Of a stretch of 64,000 nt of DNA, positions 42,330 through 60,199 are shown piece after piece. The DNA is from Adineta vaga (lineage: Eukaryota > Animalia > Rotifera): positions 10,416,001 to 10,480,000 of the forward strand of contig CP075493.1 of assembly GCA_021613535.1 (NCBI GenBank), given 5' to 3'. A program made the position numbers and the translations under genes. Position 1 is the first letter of the stretch; each line of letters starts with the position of its first letter. The notes below the pieces were generated by a model. That model did not search any database, was not told the origin of the DNA, and saw only the letters and a list, made by a program, of their open reading frames with translations.

Positions 42330-42345
42330 CCAATAGATGGCGCTG
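42330..42345 (+). promoter_or_regulatory. CTCF-like / YY1(PHO)-like motif in the divergent Scm-RBBP6 promoter region
   Basis: CCAATAGATGGCGCTG has one mismatch to CCASYAGRKGGCRS and contains the ATGGC core. It is a GC-rich word in very AT-rich DNA. Confidence 0.4.
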
Positions 42346-42943
42346 GAAAATTTTAATTTATCATTTCTTTTTTTTTAAATAAATGTTTAATATTGAATAA
42401 AATAAAAATTACTGATTTCTTTTCTTAATTATCATTATTCGACAGTGGAGACTGTCTTGTCACGATTATGCATGACGGAAATTGTTTATTTGTTGTCATG
42501 CATGATTCATATACATATAGTTTATTCCTCCTTTCTTTCGTCATTTCATTACTCGTGATATATATTCACAATATAACCACCCACTTCATTGTTTTTCATA
42601 GATTGTAAAATATCGATCGTCGTGTGTGGTTCTATCCGTCATCACCGTTTTTCGTCGTCCTCAACGATTCCTTCTCCTTGTTCATCAATACCTTCGTTAT
42701 TATCATCATCATCATCAGTACCATCATCATCGACGATTATACAAGGAACATTCTTTCGCGTGTTTTGTTTACTTATTTGTTTTCCTAAATATTCGAAGCC
42801 GTTGATTTTTATTTTTGTCTATATCTTTCTGCTAGTTTTGCTTTCTCGTCTTACAACGGATAAAGAAAAAAAAGAAAATAAACGTCTTGTAGCAGTTTTA
42901 TTTGTGTTATCATTGTATCTTCTACTTGTCTATTGAACGAATC

Positions 42944-45900
42944 ATGTCGATTATTCGATATCGATTTAAAGCAGACAAAAATTTTGAATCAGTCAAAATT
43001 GATGGAATGAATTGTTCTCTCGGAGAACTTAAACGTTTAATTGCGGCAAAATCATCCCGTTCTGGGGCTTATCACCCCAAAGATGATTATGATTTAATTA
43101 TTAGCAATGCCAATACACATGAAGGTTAGTTCAATTTCTTTTCTTTCTTTTTTTCAAATTAATTATAATCAAAAAAAAACATACAACTACAATTTCAAAT
43201 GGCTTTTCTTTTTTAATATTTAGAATACAGAGATAATTCTGATTTAATTCCTCGAAATGCCAGTGTTATTGTTGCTCGGCGTATCCGCGGTATTGTGGAT
43301 ACCTTAACACCATTATCAAATCAAAAACCTGTCGTATCTTCCGATGATATTGTGAAAGAGTAAGACTATTTATAGATTTGCAATGAGATGTTCATTAGAA
43401 ATATTTTCATTTAGTATTTTGTTACCTGCAATGCTCAATCAAAATCAAGCGGCCACGGGAAATCCATCATCAGTTGTCGAAACAAATGCAATTCCGTTAG
43501 AGAAACTCACTGAAGTAATTTCGTAATAAAGAATTATTTTGATTCAAATATTTATTGAAATCTATTTTAGACAACAAGTAATAATGGTGCGGCAAAAGAA
43601 ATGACGGAAGATGATTTAATTAAAGAAATTCAAATGGGTTCACAGGCGCGTTATGTGTACGTGATTAAAATGAATGTTAGAAATATGTAAGAAATATTGT
43701 TTATTAATTTTAGTACACCACAACCACCCTATCGAACGAACCTATTTGTTTGTCATCATTGTAAACAACCTGGTCATATTAAAAGTCAATGTCCTTCGTT
43801 TTTGGTAAGTTTTTACCTTGAATAAATTTATCACATATGAAAATCAGTAGATATAGTTTTTTTGTCTTGCTTCAATTCTTTCCTATCGATCAACTAATTT
43901 TCTCATGAATAATAGAAATATAAAGAATTTTTTTGTTTTCAACAGTCATCCAATAGTAATTCGACTGGTAATACGTCGAATTCAAATTCAAATACAGGAG
44001 ATAATACACAAACAACAAATTCAGGTCCAATGCGATCATCTCTACCACATTCATCTCATATAGTAACACGTCATGCACCTTATCAAATGTCATATCATCC
44101 CCGTGGAAATCGTTCACATCGTGGTGCTGGTCATCCACGTGGTGAACCATTACCGAAGAAGACCACAGGCATCCCACGTGATCGTCTTATACCAGTTCCC
44201 AAACATATACCCGGTGCATTAAGAGATCAAACTGGTGCTTCAGTAGTACCAAGACAAATGGCGTAAGTGAAGCAAGATTTGACATCATCATTATGAGATT
44301 ATATGTGTTCTTTTCTTTTTCTTTTATAGTGAACTATATATTGAACGAAGTGAAAAGAAAGCTGATGCATTAGCACAAATCTCTCGTCAAAATGATGATA
44401 AATTTGTTGCATCATCTATTTCTACATCAACAAAATCAACTGATGAAGATCTTCCACCCAATGATCTTCTTTGTCCTTTATGTAAACGAGTTTATAATGA
44501 TGCTGTTATTGCACCTTGTTGTAGTCTCAGTTTTTGTGATAGTTGTAAGTTTAATAAATTATTTTCGATGGCATTCGTATTCGTATCCGTATTTTTCGTT
44601 TCTTTTCAAAACAAAAGGTATTCGTACAGCTTTAATCGAAAGTCCTGAACATGAATGTCCTAGATGTCATGCTCAACATGTTGCTATTGATCAGATAAAT
44701 CCAAATTTATTCCTACGAAATCATATTAAACGTTGGCGTGAACGGCAGAATCAATCGTTTTATCCACAATCGTCTATGCCACAATCAAATGTAGATCAAG
44801 ATTTAGAATCAACATCAATAAATCGTTCGAATTCGAATGAAATTGATGAATATGATACAGCTATTCTTTCGACAAGTTCTCAACCTTCAGTTTCATCTAC
44901 TAAAACAGCGCCAATTATCATCAAAATGCAACCCAAAAGTCAATCACCTCCGTTATCAATTGCAGCAACTCGAGCAGCTGATATAGTGTTGGAAGATGAA
45001 AAGACATCAGATTCAGATCATACAGCACCTAGGTTTGTTAAATTTCTTTTTATTTGTTCTATTAAAAATTACCATTCTTATTGCTTTTTTTATAGTTTAA
45101 AAGAGGTTCATGCCAATGAAGAAATAATAGATCCTTTACCTTCATCTAGTATTACTGAAAGTGAGATTATTCATTTGATGATTTCTTGTTTTGTTTCATA
45201 TTCTATTGAATTGATTTAGGTGAAAAACCAGAAAGTGAAACACCTCCAACTCAAATGACACATAATAACACAATTTATACTTCACCATCACCCTCCTCTA
45301 CCATGGCACCAGCCAATCCTGTTATACCACATTATTATCCAGCACCTCAACATCATAATATTGTCTATCAACATCATATACCTCCAGCAACATCGAATGG
45401 TCTCTATCCAATGCAATCGTAAGTGAAGTTAATTCATCAATTATTGAAATTAATTGTATTATTTTCTAGAAATTATTATCCACCACCTATGGGAGTTCGT
45501 TATCCCCCAGCAGGTATCCATCATTATCCACAATATGCACCTGCTCCACCGGTTCATCATCATCATCCAATTCCTCCACCTCGTCCAATCGTTCCACCTC
45601 CACATATCCAAGCAAATGGTTATACTATGCCCGGTTTTCATCCACATCCAACAGCACCATTTACATCCACATCAACATTTATTCAACATCATCAAACAGC
45701 AACACAACCGATTTCTACAGCTTTATCCGAAAATGAGTTTTACACGAAACAAAGATACTTTCAACGAATGTAAGATAGTGTTTTCTGTTTTTAAATATTA
45801 TTTTCTTCTAAACTTATTTATGAACTTTAGGCAAGGATCACCTACTCGTCGTCGTTCACGATCTTCATCTTATTCATCGTATTCAAGCAGGTAGGATACC

Positions 45901-46759
45901 TTTTTAGTTAGTGTAAAGGAGGAAAAAAATAACGTTTATTTTATTCTTTGCTTTAGTGATTCTCGTAGTTCCTCACGTTCGCGTTATGATCGTCATCGTC
46001 GTTCATCTCGTAGTCGAAGTCGTCGACGTACAAAAAAGTCTCCTAGTCGAGATAATAATCGTCGTCAACGACGATCATCTTCTTATCAGAGTCGACGAAG
46101 ACCACCGCCACCACCACCACCTATGGATTCTAAAGATAAATATTCATCATCATCATCTTCATCCAAATATCGAAGGTAAGATTTGTTTTTCTAATGAAAA
46201 ACAGAAAACTTCATACTTTATTTATCTTTCAATAGATCACCTCAACGTCCATCTCGAAACCATGAACGACGTCGTTCACCTCGTCCACCACCAACTATTC
46301 AACAATCTACTCAAAGAACAATTGTCTATATGCAAGAATCGTCACATTCCAGGTAAGAAATTTATCGTCTCTCGTTCTCCTCATTCATCTTAATCATTTT
46401 CTTCTAGTCGAGATCGTCGTCGATCAACAAGTCGTTCACGAGGAACTGATGATCGTACTACTTCATCATCAAAGAAAGATCAACAATCCCAACCAGAATC
46501 ACAATCTTCTCCAGCACCAACAACAACGTCAGCGACACCTTCGATGCCAACAACACTTTCTTCGAAAATTGAAACAGTAGTAGAAGAATCTTCGGAAAAA
46601 GCTCACGATGAGAGTACTAAAAATGGAAAGAAACATAAGAAACATCATAAAAAACATCGACATTCAAGTTCTAAAAGCAAGAAACGTCATCGTAGTAAAG
46701 ATAAAGACAAAAAGACAATGGTCGACTCATCATCATCTGTTCTTGAAGTACAATCGTAA
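42944..46759 (+). CDS. RBBP6: E3 ubiquitin ligase RBBP6/Mpe1 (DWNN, Zn knuckle, RING, Pro-rich, SR-rich)
   Basis: MSIIRYRFK DWNN domain, CHHCKQPGHIKSQCP, KKTTGIPR, RING CPLC..CC..FCDSCIR..CPRC, and an RS-rich tail. Confidence 0.93.
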
Positions 46760-47153
46760 AATTTACTCTTGTTGTTTTTTTGTGATGTTAAATAAATCTA
46801 TATATATATATACTATATCCGGAGGAATCTTTTTCATGTATTTGTGAGTTTCTTTTTTTTGTTTTCGACAGAAAAATAAAATTTATTGATGAAACATTAA
46901 TTCAATATTTTTTCCTTTAAACTAAATCCTCATATTAATGTTCTTAAAACACATGATCGACTTTCTAACCTACTGATGACATAACAACTATTTACTATAG
47001 GTTAGAAGAAAGAGAACGAACGAACACTTTTGTCATTCTTATATAACATGTGTTTTTCTGTCGTGTTCTCTTTACCATATATAATGATTAGTACATGAAG
47101 AATATTTCACTTAATCTCACCAACATCATAGATTCATTTTACAAAATTCTTCG

Positions 47154-48806
47154 ATGACACTTGGAGAAACATTTCGTATTGCTATCATAGGTGAAAAGTA
47201 TCTTTTTTTTTCTCATCGATTAGAAGTTTGCAAATCATTTATTTTATTTAGGAGGTGGTCTTGCAGGACTCGCATTAGCTATTAGTTTAAAACAAAAAGG
47301 ATTTCAGAATCTAATAATTTATGAACGAGAATCAGGTAAGAATCATGTTTCATTTTTCTCGCAATGTTTTCTGAATAATATCTTTCGATCATTATAGATA
47401 GTCATGCACGCCATCAAGGTTGGTCTGTTTCATTGTTAGCTCCTGATGGAGGCCTTGCATTTATTGAACATCTTGGTCTTTTACCAGAATTTACTGCTCT
47501 TTCTTTTCAACCTTGTTTTCGTGCATTAGATGGCGAAACAGGTTTGATAGTAACGAATGTTATTGTCATCAATCATCTTAAAATCTTCTAGGAAAAACGC
47601 TACTTTTTGTTCGTGGAAATGAAAATGGAAGAAGATTTAAACGAGGAGATCTACGTGATGCACTCTATCGAGCCTGTGTTCGAGAAGGTATGTCAATAGA
47701 ATGACTATCAATATATAAAACAACAGAATACATTTGCAGGTATCAAAGTCGTTTGGGATGCTCGAGTGAAATCTTTCGAAGAAATAAATGACAAGATTTA
47801 CATTCATTTTGTTGATGAAACAAAACATCAAACTGAAGTAGCTGATCTTCTTATTGGAGCTGATGGAGCACATTCACCTATTAGAAAACAATTGACTGGT
47901 GATGTAGCACGTGCAGCTGGTTTTAATGGTATTGTTGGTTTAATAAAGAAAGTTGCCGATGGTAGCAACGATGATCTATTCAAACACGAATACATTTACA
48001 ATTCTGGTGTTCTAGTTTCTGGTCGAAATGGTAGGCAAAAGAAATTATTTGAAACGAAGAGATGATTATCATCATCTATTTTTGCATTTATTTAGTTAGT
48101 TGTTGGTATGCACATCATGTTCTACATGATGAAATCTATTGGTCATTGAGTATTCGATCAGACGAAGATTATCTTCGTCAACGCACTGATTATGATAAGA
48201 AAAAACTTCATGAACTAGCTTTAGAATATTCTCAAAAATTTTTTCCATTAATTCAAACATTAGTTCAAAGAACACCTATTGAACAAATGCAAGATTGTTT
48301 AATTTTCAAAGATCTCGATCCAATGAAACAAGATGTTTCTGGACGATATTGGTGAGCAGCTATGATAACTTCTAAGAGATCAATTGTTCACTTTATGTTT
48401 AGTGTATCAAAAACTGGAAGAATCACGTTGTTAGGTGATGCTGCACATGCGATGATTCCTTTTCGAGGACAAGGTATCTTACAATTTGTTTTTTTTTAAA
48501 TTTATTCATAAACTAAATATGCTTACTACAGGTGGCAACACTGCATTGATGGCAGCATGGAATCTATCTGAGAAACTTGGCCCTCTCGTAAATCGAACTG
48601 AAATAACGAATGATGATATTAATAAAATTCTTCTGCAATATGAAAATGAACGTATTCCAGCTGGTACACAAGAAATACTTGAATCACGAGAAAATGCCGA
48701 ACGATTTCATTCTGCAAATGGTCTAGCAAACTTCTTTCGAAATTCAAGTATGCGAACAGTGAATCTTATGATCAAATTTAATGATTGGTATTATAGAAAA
48801 ACATAA
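47154..48806 (+). CDS. FAD-dependent monooxygenase (group A flavoprotein hydroxylase), multi-exon
   Basis: IAIIGGGLAGL, DLLIGADGAHSPIRKQL, RITLLGDAAHAMIPFRGQGGNTAL. Confidence 0.9.
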
Positions 48807-49201
48807 ATAATTTAAATAAGAATAAATATTTTTCCTAACCAAATTCTCTTTTCATCTATACGTCAATCTATAAAACTATTGTATTGATTTCATATCTAAT
48901 AATAATAATAATAATTGAACTTCACTGCACAAATGCATTTATGCACTCAATTACCTGAAAACAAAAGTAAATCATATAAAAATAAAATGTACGAACACGT
49001 TACGTGTAGACAGAACAAATTCAATGCATAGTAAGAAAAAGAACACAATTAAAGTTGCCTATACACAACTGTAATGTGTTGTGTCTCTTTTTGTCTTCTG
49101 TACATAATCAAAATGCGCATAACGAATTATCAAATATAAAAACATTCTCGTTTCTTTGAAATAGTTTAGTTTTAGTTTTATTTATTCATATATTCTAGAC
49201 G

Positions 49202-49531
49202 ATGTCACAATCACGTAAAGCTCTTTTGGAAAAATTTATCGATGCTCTAACGAGTTCAAAAATGAACCATCTCGATCAATATCTTGAAGAGAACATTAGA
49301 AAAACGGTTGATTCAAAAATTGTTTTGAATAATATTAATGAAGCTCGAGAATATTATACTAAAGAACACGATGGAAAATCGACATCTCAATGGACAATTG
49401 TGGAATGTGAACTAGAAGATCCAGAGAATAATACATTACGTGCACGTATTTCACATGGTAATAAAACATACGATACAATATATACATTTAGTTCAGCTGG
49501 AAAAATTCAGCGTATCGATGCTGTGAGTTAA
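49202..49531 (+). CDS. Small NTF2/SnoaL-like fold protein, intronless
   Basis: LLEKFIDAL...LDQYLEENI.., AREYY and a terminal YTFSSAGKIQRI fit the SnoaL-like pattern. A TATAAAA lies about 60 nt upstream. Confidence 0.6.
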   Translation: MSQSRKALLEKFIDALTSSKMNHLDQYLEENIRKTVDSKIVLNNINEAREYYTKEHDGKSTSQWTIVECELEDPENNTLRARISHGNKTYDTIYTFSSAGKIQRIDAVS

Positions 49532-50126
49532 ATTAGAATGAAATTAATGATTATAAACAAACATTGCGAATGATTTCTTTCAGCTAGTTGTGTTTTTATA
49601 TTTATAATAAAACGTTCGATGTAGAAGATTCAATCTATAAACGATTACATTAAATTCATTATTGAAGTTTAGATTGATCTTTTTCCTTCTTCTTCTTCTT
49701 CTTCATTGACATCTTTATAAACACTTTTATATTCAGATGAAATTCAATAATCTTATCGTTTTGATTGACATATGATTCTTATATATATGTATATATATAT
49801 AACATATTTCATGCCAATAAAAAGAAAGAAATGATGTGATGTGATGACAAGTAACGACCTCTATATAATACCTTAATATGATTGGCTCTTACTGTATTAA
49901 CATAGATTTAATTGCTGATTAAAAAAACTGCTGAATGGTCGATCGATCTGTGTACTTCAACGAACAGACAGATGATCTTTTGTTCTCTTTTCTCTTTTTT
50001 TTGAGTATTTTGCGTGGGTTGATTATTCAACCAGATGAGAATATGTTCAATTACTTGTTTAGTTTGTAGATAATGCGGTGACTGTAACAAAGATACAAAA
50101 CAGATATACATATTTATTTATATACA

Positions 50127-52444
<2,318 letters not shown>

Positions 52445-52855
52445 ATGCATACGAATCTCTTCTTCTCGAGTTTTCTGCTCTTTTTTCTCAGGATGCTTTT
52501 CTTCTTCTTCATCTTTCTTGCTTCCACTACTCCGAATGATGCTATAGAAATCAACAAGTGACTGTCTTCTACAGATATTTTCTATCGATACAATTTCGAA
52601 TGTATATTTGCGTAATGTACTTCTAAGTTCTTCTCATTTTTCTCTCTCTTCTACTTCTTATGCTAGCCAGATATATCTCTTACATAACAAAAGCTTATGC
52701 ATGACATAAACTCATCTATGAATATCTAATTTCGTGCTTTTTTTGTCATTGTCTGTTGTAAAATGAGTGATTTCTTATTGTTGTTTTTTGGAAGAACACA
52801 AAAAAAAACGAATAAATTTGCTAAATACTAATGTTTTGTGTTGTTTTGTTTTCAG

Positions 52856-55124
<2,269 letters not shown>

Positions 55125-55394
55125 TATCAAATTATGCTTCTCTCAATGAACAGTTTCATTGCATTGCGAATATCTTCATATTTCTATCTTAAACGTCTGA
55201 ACCCGTTGTTATTTTTTGTTTTGTGTATATAAATAGAGCATGAATAAAACCTATTTGTTAGATATGTTTTACTCGTTTGTTTTCCTTCTTCATTTAAGTA
55301 ATGATGAATAAAACAAAATTTCATCAGTTCTTCAATAATAATACGTCATAGATGAATGTAATTACGTAAGATTTTGTTCTGTTTTTATATAGAC

Positions 55395-57117
55395 ATGTCT
55401 GAAAACAAGCTTCTCGAAAAAGAAAAAGAACAATACATCGATATGGATAGTGACAGTGACAGTTATGACGATGAAATTAGATATGAAACTTTTAAAGAAG
55501 AAGGTGGAACTAATAATGGAACTGTTCAACAATCGATGAAACATTTTCAACCAACGAATAAAACTTTATCAAAGTATGTTAAATATGATAATAGAAGATA
55601 ATATTTTGTTTCTTCTTTGAAGATATGTTGATAAAATAGATATAAGTCCATATTCACCTCGTAGTGGTCATGTTGATGATGGGAAATATCGTTCAAAAGA
55701 TAAACATGATCGTGCTACAGTTGAACAAGTTCTTGATCCTCGAACACGTTTAATTCTATTTAAATTTCTTCAACAAGGTGTAGTCGAAGAAATCAATGGA
55801 TGTATATCGACGGGAAAAGAAGCAAATGTTTATTATGCTAAAGCAAATACCGATGAACATCGTGCAATTAAAGTTTATAAAACATCGATATTAGTTTTTA
55901 AAGATCGTGATAGATATGTTACAGGAGAATATCGTTTTCGTCATGGATATTCTCGACATAATCCAAGAAAAATGGTACGATTATGGGCAGAAAAAGAATA
56001 TAGAAATCTATCAAGATTACATTCAAATGGTGTACCATGTCCAAAACCAATAGCATTAAAAAATCATGTTTTAATCATGGAATTTATTGGTAAGATCTAC
56101 GAAGATAATTGACTTCTTACGATAGTTAAATGTAATACGTGGCTCGACGTAGATCGAGTAGATGAAATTAATGATATATAGAGAGAAATTGTTTTATTAC
56201 GTATGTTAGAAGAGCAACACCAACAATTCTATAGATCTAGTTGTTATAAATTTCATTTCGTTTATTTTATTTTAGGTGAAAATGGTTGGCCAGCTTTGAA
56301 ACTAAAAGATTCTCCTCTATTAGATGAAACTCAAGCATTTGCTCTCTATCTACAATTGATCCGTTATATGCGTATTATGTTTGTTAAATGCAAATTAATC
56401 CATGCAGATTTATCTGAATACAATCTTTTAATTGACTCAAAAAATCAATTATATGTCATCGATGTATCACAGTCTGTTGAACAAGCACATCCGAATGCTT
56501 TAGAATTTCTTCGAATGGATTGTCGAAATGTAACTGATTATTTTGCTAAACGATATGCATTAAAAACACTCTTAACTATGCAACAATTGTTTAATTATAT
56601 TACTGATCCAACTATTACTGATTCCAATGAAGAAGCTTATCTGGATAAAATGATTGAACAAGCAACTTATGAACGAACGAATGAAATAACAGATGAAGTT
56701 GATGAACGCGTTTTTCAAAAGATATTCATTCCTCAAACATTAGATGAGTATTGTGAAACAACATCAAAAGATATTCGTCAAGCATCGACAATCTTAGGCA
56801 TGAATGAAACGATGACTGGTGCACGTTTAGTACCAACTATACTCGATGAGCAAAATGATGAATCTACTAGTAGTAATAGTGATTCATCAGATTCTGACGA
56901 CAGTGATGCAAGTGATTATGCATCAGCTAATGAAGAAGTTGGAGAACAATCTGATCTGCAAGGAAATGTTCGTCCACGTGATGAATCACCCAATTCAAAA
57001 CGATTACGAAAACAAGCCGTTCGAGAACAGAAACGAGAAAAAAGAAAAACAAAAATACCAAAACATGTTAAAAAACGAGCTGAAAAACTTGGTGGTGATA
57101 AACGAAAACGGAAATGA
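55395..57117 (+). CDS. RIOK1: RIO kinase 1
   Basis: [66 protein letters not shown]. Confidence 0.96.
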
Positions 57118-60100
57118 TAAATATTTTATTTTGTTTTCTTTGTTTCAACAAAATAAACGTTGTTATCGAAGCATCCTACATATATTCTCTTTTCTTTCAT
57201 TAGAACAACTCAAAGTGCATTTCTCATCAATTTAGTTCTTCTTGAAAGAAAAGTGAAGCATATTTAAACTATTACGGATGTTGCAAATCCGTCGTATTTA
57301 ATTATAAATACTAGTAGAAGAGTCTCGTGATATCTAGAACAACTCATGTAAGTATAGAAACTACGATAGATAGTAACTGACTAAGAATTCTCTTTGAATT
57401 ATACAAACGTTACGAATACTGTACTTCCGAGATTAAATGTTCTTATTGATCATCGTTTTCCTGAACAACAAAAAAGAAAAGAAGAGATGAATTCATGTGG
57501 AAGATCAAACAAGAAGAATATCTACTTTGATGCGAATGATTGATAACACTACTCATTAATGTTGATGACATACCTTTCATAAAAATGTCATGCTACAGTT
57601 CTACGGCCTATCAATTTAACATGACGAAGCATTCTAATCCGAAATCTTCGGAATTTTGACAGGTATGAAATTCATTCGTTTCTAAAAATAGCAATCTATA
57701 GTTACAGTACATATATTTATAGAAATTCAGATCAAATTTAAGTATCAAATGAAAATAAATATTAATCATGAGATTTTTCTTCATGAAATATTCAATGAGC
57801 TATTTTATCGAAGAGTTTTATATATGTATATAAAAATAGATTTGAAATTAATCCACACCTACATATCATTTGAGCAGGTGTAAGAGAAAAAAAAAGAATT
57901 TCTTTCCTATACCCACATTCCTGATGATTAATTTATTCAACTTTGCATGTTTTACTATTCAGTCGTAGATAAATAATCAAATAAAAGATTATCTAACTGC
58001 AAAATAATAATTAGAAATATCTGTCAAAAGTGTATTAAATAAACTTTACATTCTACTTGATAGCATCGAGAAAAAGAATTACATTATATATATATATATA
58101 TATCCTAGATAATTCCCTTGATGATCCTTTAGTTGATTTTATGACTATGTTGTATTGATAAAAATAGATCAGAAAGATGGTTGCCCTTGAACTAATAAAC
58201 GATCCATTCTCTATGGAATCTAAATGTAGTCAACTGATTAATATGTCACATTTTAAATTTTCCTTTTCGTTTCACAATGATCGTATGTTGTTTTCTTTTG
58301 ACACGAAAGATACTTGTTTTTGTTCAAATTTCCACACACGTTTCTAACCATTACATTGCCTAGATTTCCATAGAGAATTAATAATATTATGACACATTTT
58401 AATATCTTTATTTGAATAGAAGGATCATTAAGGTCGATCTCAAATGAAAACAAAATATTGTCTTTCAAGATCTATCCGAGTAGATGTCAATTGATATTCT
58501 GTAATTAATTACACGTATTCGAAAATGTTAAAAGATAAGGTAATCAGACTAAATGTATAGAGTCGATTAGAATAATTATGTCTTGCTTCATTTCATTGAT
58601 ATTAGTAAATAGGAAACAAAACATATCAAATTCATGAGAGTTTTTCTAATCAATAAGAAAATAGTTGTTTACAACTAGGTCATCATGTTTCCTCGAGATA
58701 TAATAAGATGCGAAATATTTGATTGGTATACAGAACAAACACGTATAGTTCTTCATTAGAGAACAAAAGGAAAAAGAGATCATGTCAATCAACAGTAAGT
58801 GTGTGGGTTGTAATTAATTGGATAGAATTTTTACAAAACTTGAATGAATCTATCGTATCTCTTATTAATCATTAAACACATGCATTTTGAAAATTAACAT
58901 GAAGATCAGTTTTGATATGATTATTTGTAATTGAATTAACTATGAACTAATAAATTCCTATGATCGATTAGATAAGTAAATTTATTAGTATTAATAAGGT
59001 TATCTATACATATTTATACTCATTTGATTAGGTAGATTAATAAAATAACATGTTTCATTTTTCTTTTTGTAATTATAAACTATCTTATCATTGCCTATAT
59101 GATTAGACTAGAAAAAGATGTTAATTCACAAACATATTTGAAGTTGTTCTTTTTCAGAGAAATGAAATGAGAAGTTTTTTGTTTCGTCAAAGAATAGGAA
59201 TGTTGTTGTTGTTCCTTTTATCTTCAATCAATCATCATAGAATAAGTTTCATTCCATATTTATCTAATCAACAAACAAATAACTATGTAAAGAAGTTTTC
59301 TTTTACTTTAGATAAGTCTATATGATACTATTCTTTTTCTTTTGCCTTGTTGATGATTTATATATTGATGATATAAACATATCTTATTGTCTTTGTCAAA
59401 ACAAAAGAATTATTAGCATTGATGATGATAGACAGTGACATATGCGTAAGGTCAACTATTTTGACAGATATATATTTAACCAAACAGTAGAATGTGCCAT
59501 AATATGTCTAATAATCGTTAACAAAAATATGTTCGTAGAAATAAGGAAATTTGTTTGTTTGTTCTTTGAACAGGTGATTTTTATTTGTCATATAGAGTTA
59601 CCCTGTAAATTTTGAAAGAAAAAGTAAATCGTCCATTAGTGTAGGAAATGTGAACATTTATTCTAATCTATTTGTTTTGAACTATTATGAATTAGTTACG
59701 CTAGATGTAATAAAAATATGATATTTTACTTATTCTTCTTACCGGAAATGTGCCTTTTAGTAGATCAGATTGTCTTTTGTTGTTGTTTTTTTAATATAGT
59801 TGTATCATATTTATGTGTGAGATGTGGAAACATGGGTTTATTAGGCGGAAATGTGTTGCTTTTGAGCTTTATGATTCATTAAAGATATGTCAAAAAGATA
59901 GAAAAGAAAAAGGAGACATAATCAAAATCACTAGACTATCCTTTTCTTCTTCTTCTACTTCTCTCTTTCTCTCTATTCTTTCTTCTCGAAACAAAAATAG
60001 TGTAAGATAGTAAATCTACCAGCTAATAAAGAAAAGAAGAAGAAAAAAGCATCTATTTCTTTAAATAACATTGCCATACATAAGTGTACGAAAGACAAAT

Positions 60101-60199
60101 ATTATTTGCATATTCTAATAGAAAGTTCTGTTTTCTATTAAAGATAATTAATGATATAATAAAAGAAAAGTAAAGAAAAGACAACGAATTACAAATACA

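Noticed and set aside
42589-42936. 115-aa ORF upstream of RBBP6
   Set aside because: Low-complexity TCA/T-rich sequence with a non-ATG start, best explained as the RBBP6 5' UTR.
56090-56276. Small hairpin CTCGA-CGTAGA-TCGAG in the RIOK1 intron
   Set aside because: A 5-bp stem is expected by chance.
57240-60199. Long intergenic region and 71-aa ORF 58253-58468 as a transposon relic
   Set aside because: No TIRs, LTRs or transposase/RT motifs were seen. It is probably the upstream regulatory region of the GPCR.
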